Under the pieces are notes generated by a model that was not told where the DNA came from, did no database searches, and was given only the letters and a program-made list of their open reading frames with translations. A stretch of DNA of 64,000 nt from the human T2T-CHM13v2.0 reference genome, Homo sapiens. Below are positions 61,977 to 64,000 of the stretch, one piece after another. Each line of letters opens with the position of its first letter. Position 1 is the first letter of the stretch. The translations under genes were made by a program, and so were the position numbers. The stretch lies in NCBI RefSeq assembly GCF_009914755.1, contig NC_060925.1. One strand, 5' to 3'.

Positions 61977-63924
61977 GCTCCTACAGCTGCAGGGTTGTTG
62001 GGACCTCGTTCCTGAGCAGAGATCTCAGGTTCCCTGAGGCCTAGACTCTGAGTCCTGATCAGAGGCCAGCTCACTGTGACTTGAATCAGGCCACTCCATT
62101 TTGGGGTCTCACACTGGCATCATTCAGGTTTGGGTTAAGATTAGTGCTTTGTCACGTATGGCCTGCAAAGTACCGATCCACCGGTTCCCAAGATGTTCTG
62201 TGGAAAGGAGGTCAGTTAGAGAGTTTGGCTTTGCTTACTTAGCTCACTGCTTTGCCCAAGGGCTTGACCGTGGAACCCTTCGTGAAGGTTCACAACCCTT
62301 CCTGGGGTCCCAGGCATTATCAGCTTAAGGAAAATGCCTTGGAGTGGACTGGGCCAGACCGCTGTCATGGTCCCTTCCGTCTGGGGCGTCCTGGGGCTCC
62401 CGGTGAGGCCAGCGGGTGAGTTGCAGGGAGTGCTCCTCCCTGTAAGTGTGGCCCTTGGTGTGCTGGGGCAGGGAGGAGGCGATTTTGGCTCATGAGAGGA
62501 GCCTCCGCTGGGTACTCTCCTCTACACTATCCCGGGACCACCCCAGGTTCTGGGCCGCCTCCCAGAGCTGTCTGGGGAAGCTTCGTGGGCCTTGACCTCA
62601 GAGCAGGAGCTAGACCTGCTGTCCTGGGGATGGGGCATTGGGAGGCAAGCCCCCAGACAACCAGGGCTGATTTCCAAGCTCTGGGGGAGGAGAGTAGCCA
62701 GAGATTCCGCGATGGGATTCAGAAAGCCTTCTTGTGTTCTGGAGGTTTCTGTCCGACCCAAATGAGTCATCTTTACGCTACTGCTTCTCCGTGAGTCAAG
62801 TATCGCATGCGCGCTGGACGTGTCCGGGCCTGTGATGATGAAAGCCCCTAGGCACCCTGGAGCTCCCTTCCAAAAGGGAGGGATGTTTTCAATCATATTA
62901 AATCAAGAGGTAGAGCGCGGAGTGGCTCTGACAGGACATTACAATGACATCAGGCTGGGAATGCCGCGAAAGTGATTCACGGCTTAATGTGTTTTCATTA
63001 GAGAAATTGAACCAGGGACTGCAGAAGAAAGTGGGTGTTCCCTTCCTGCGCCAGGGCTGGGGACTGAGACTGGGGGATGGCCATGTCCCCTGAGTAGAGG
63101 GGGTTGGTCTCTGCTCTGAAATTTAGTGGGAAGCCATCTGCACCGTCCTGGTGGTGACTCGGGGGGACACAGAGCGAGCCTGCTCTTGAGTTGGGGGAGT
63201 CAGAGGTTCTTCTGTGAAGGGGAAAGGGATGGAAGTCTATCTGCTTTGGGAGACACTTTCCCTTTCTCTCAAGGGCAGAACCACCAGGGAACTTGGAATT
63301 AGAGGAGAGTTTAGGGATAACGAGGCCATTTTCACATCTGAGCTGAAATCTCGCATCCCACCTAACATCAAATTTCTCTTCCTGGTGGAACTCACATCTT
63401 ATCAGCGAGCGGGAGGTTAGGATGCTGAGAAAGAGGCCCAAGGTACTTGAAGTTTTATCCTATCCAAAGATCAGGGGTTGGGTATGGCCAACACAGAACC
63501 CCAGTCACAGAGGGCTTGCCACCAGCTCCGGGGGACCCTGAGCCCACGCCCTTTGATCTCTTGTCTTTGCAAAGAGCAGAATATGCTGCCACATTCCAGG
63601 AGAAGATACATCTGAATGTCCCTGAGAACAAATCTCCAAGAAGGCTCCCCACTGCCTCCCCGAGCTCCCTGGGCTAGGAATGCCTGGCAGTGCAGGCTGT
63701 CTGCCCTCCGGATGGAGCCCGGGCAGCCTAGGGCCCTCTACCCTGCTTCTCCCCACAACGCCCTGTATGTTTCCAAAGCCCAGAAATGTTTGGAACATTG
63801 AAGGTAGGGGTTAAGCAAAGGAAAAATAGTGCCCTGTTCCCCATCCACTGTATTGTGGATAATTACCCCCTTACACTAGCCAGTCCTGCTCCCTCCTGTC
63901 TGTTCCAGCTGCCAAACGGGGAAG

Positions 63925-64000
63925 TTTTTTTTTTTTTTATACTTTAAGTTTTAGGGTACATGTGCACAATGTGCAGGTTAGTTACATATGTATACATGTG
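63925..64000 (-). mobile_element. 3' end of a young primate L1 (L1PA2/3-like), running off the window
   Basis: Poly-T then tatactttaagttttagggtacatgtgcacaatgtgcaggttagttacatatgtatacatgtg. Confidence 0.9.

Overview
Human (or very close great-ape) genomic DNA containing the 5' end of AJAP1 (adherens junctions associated protein 1, SHREW1; chr1p36) on the + strand. The window holds ~14 kb of upstream intergenic sequence, a large promoter CpG island (~13.6-16.3 kb), exon 1 with the first 29 coding nt (ATG 15150, MWIQQLLGL-S, donor GTGAGC at 15179), and ~49 kb of intron 1. Exon 2 is not in the window. The rest is ordinary mammalian repeat landscape (Alu, L1, MIR/L2, MaLR/ERV LTRs, hAT MITEs) with a high density of minisatellites and low-complexity tracts. 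I find no prokaryote-style novel system; none of the ORFs in the supplied track is supported as protein-coding, and the longest are artefacts of GC-rich or repetitive DNA. The best leads are: (1) three uORFs, with four uAUGs, all in the AJAP1 reading frame and all ending in UGA; (2) a ~90-nt inverted repeat in intron 1 (30.65/32.1 kb) with block-wise pairing that looks like a long-range RNA duplex; (3) two short-range templated duplications; (4) strong CTCF, RFX and RE1-like sites, a dense UGCAUG/UG tract, and palindrome-bearing VNTRs. Repeat family names come from recalled consensus sequences, not a database search, and boundaries are approximate unless TSDs are given.
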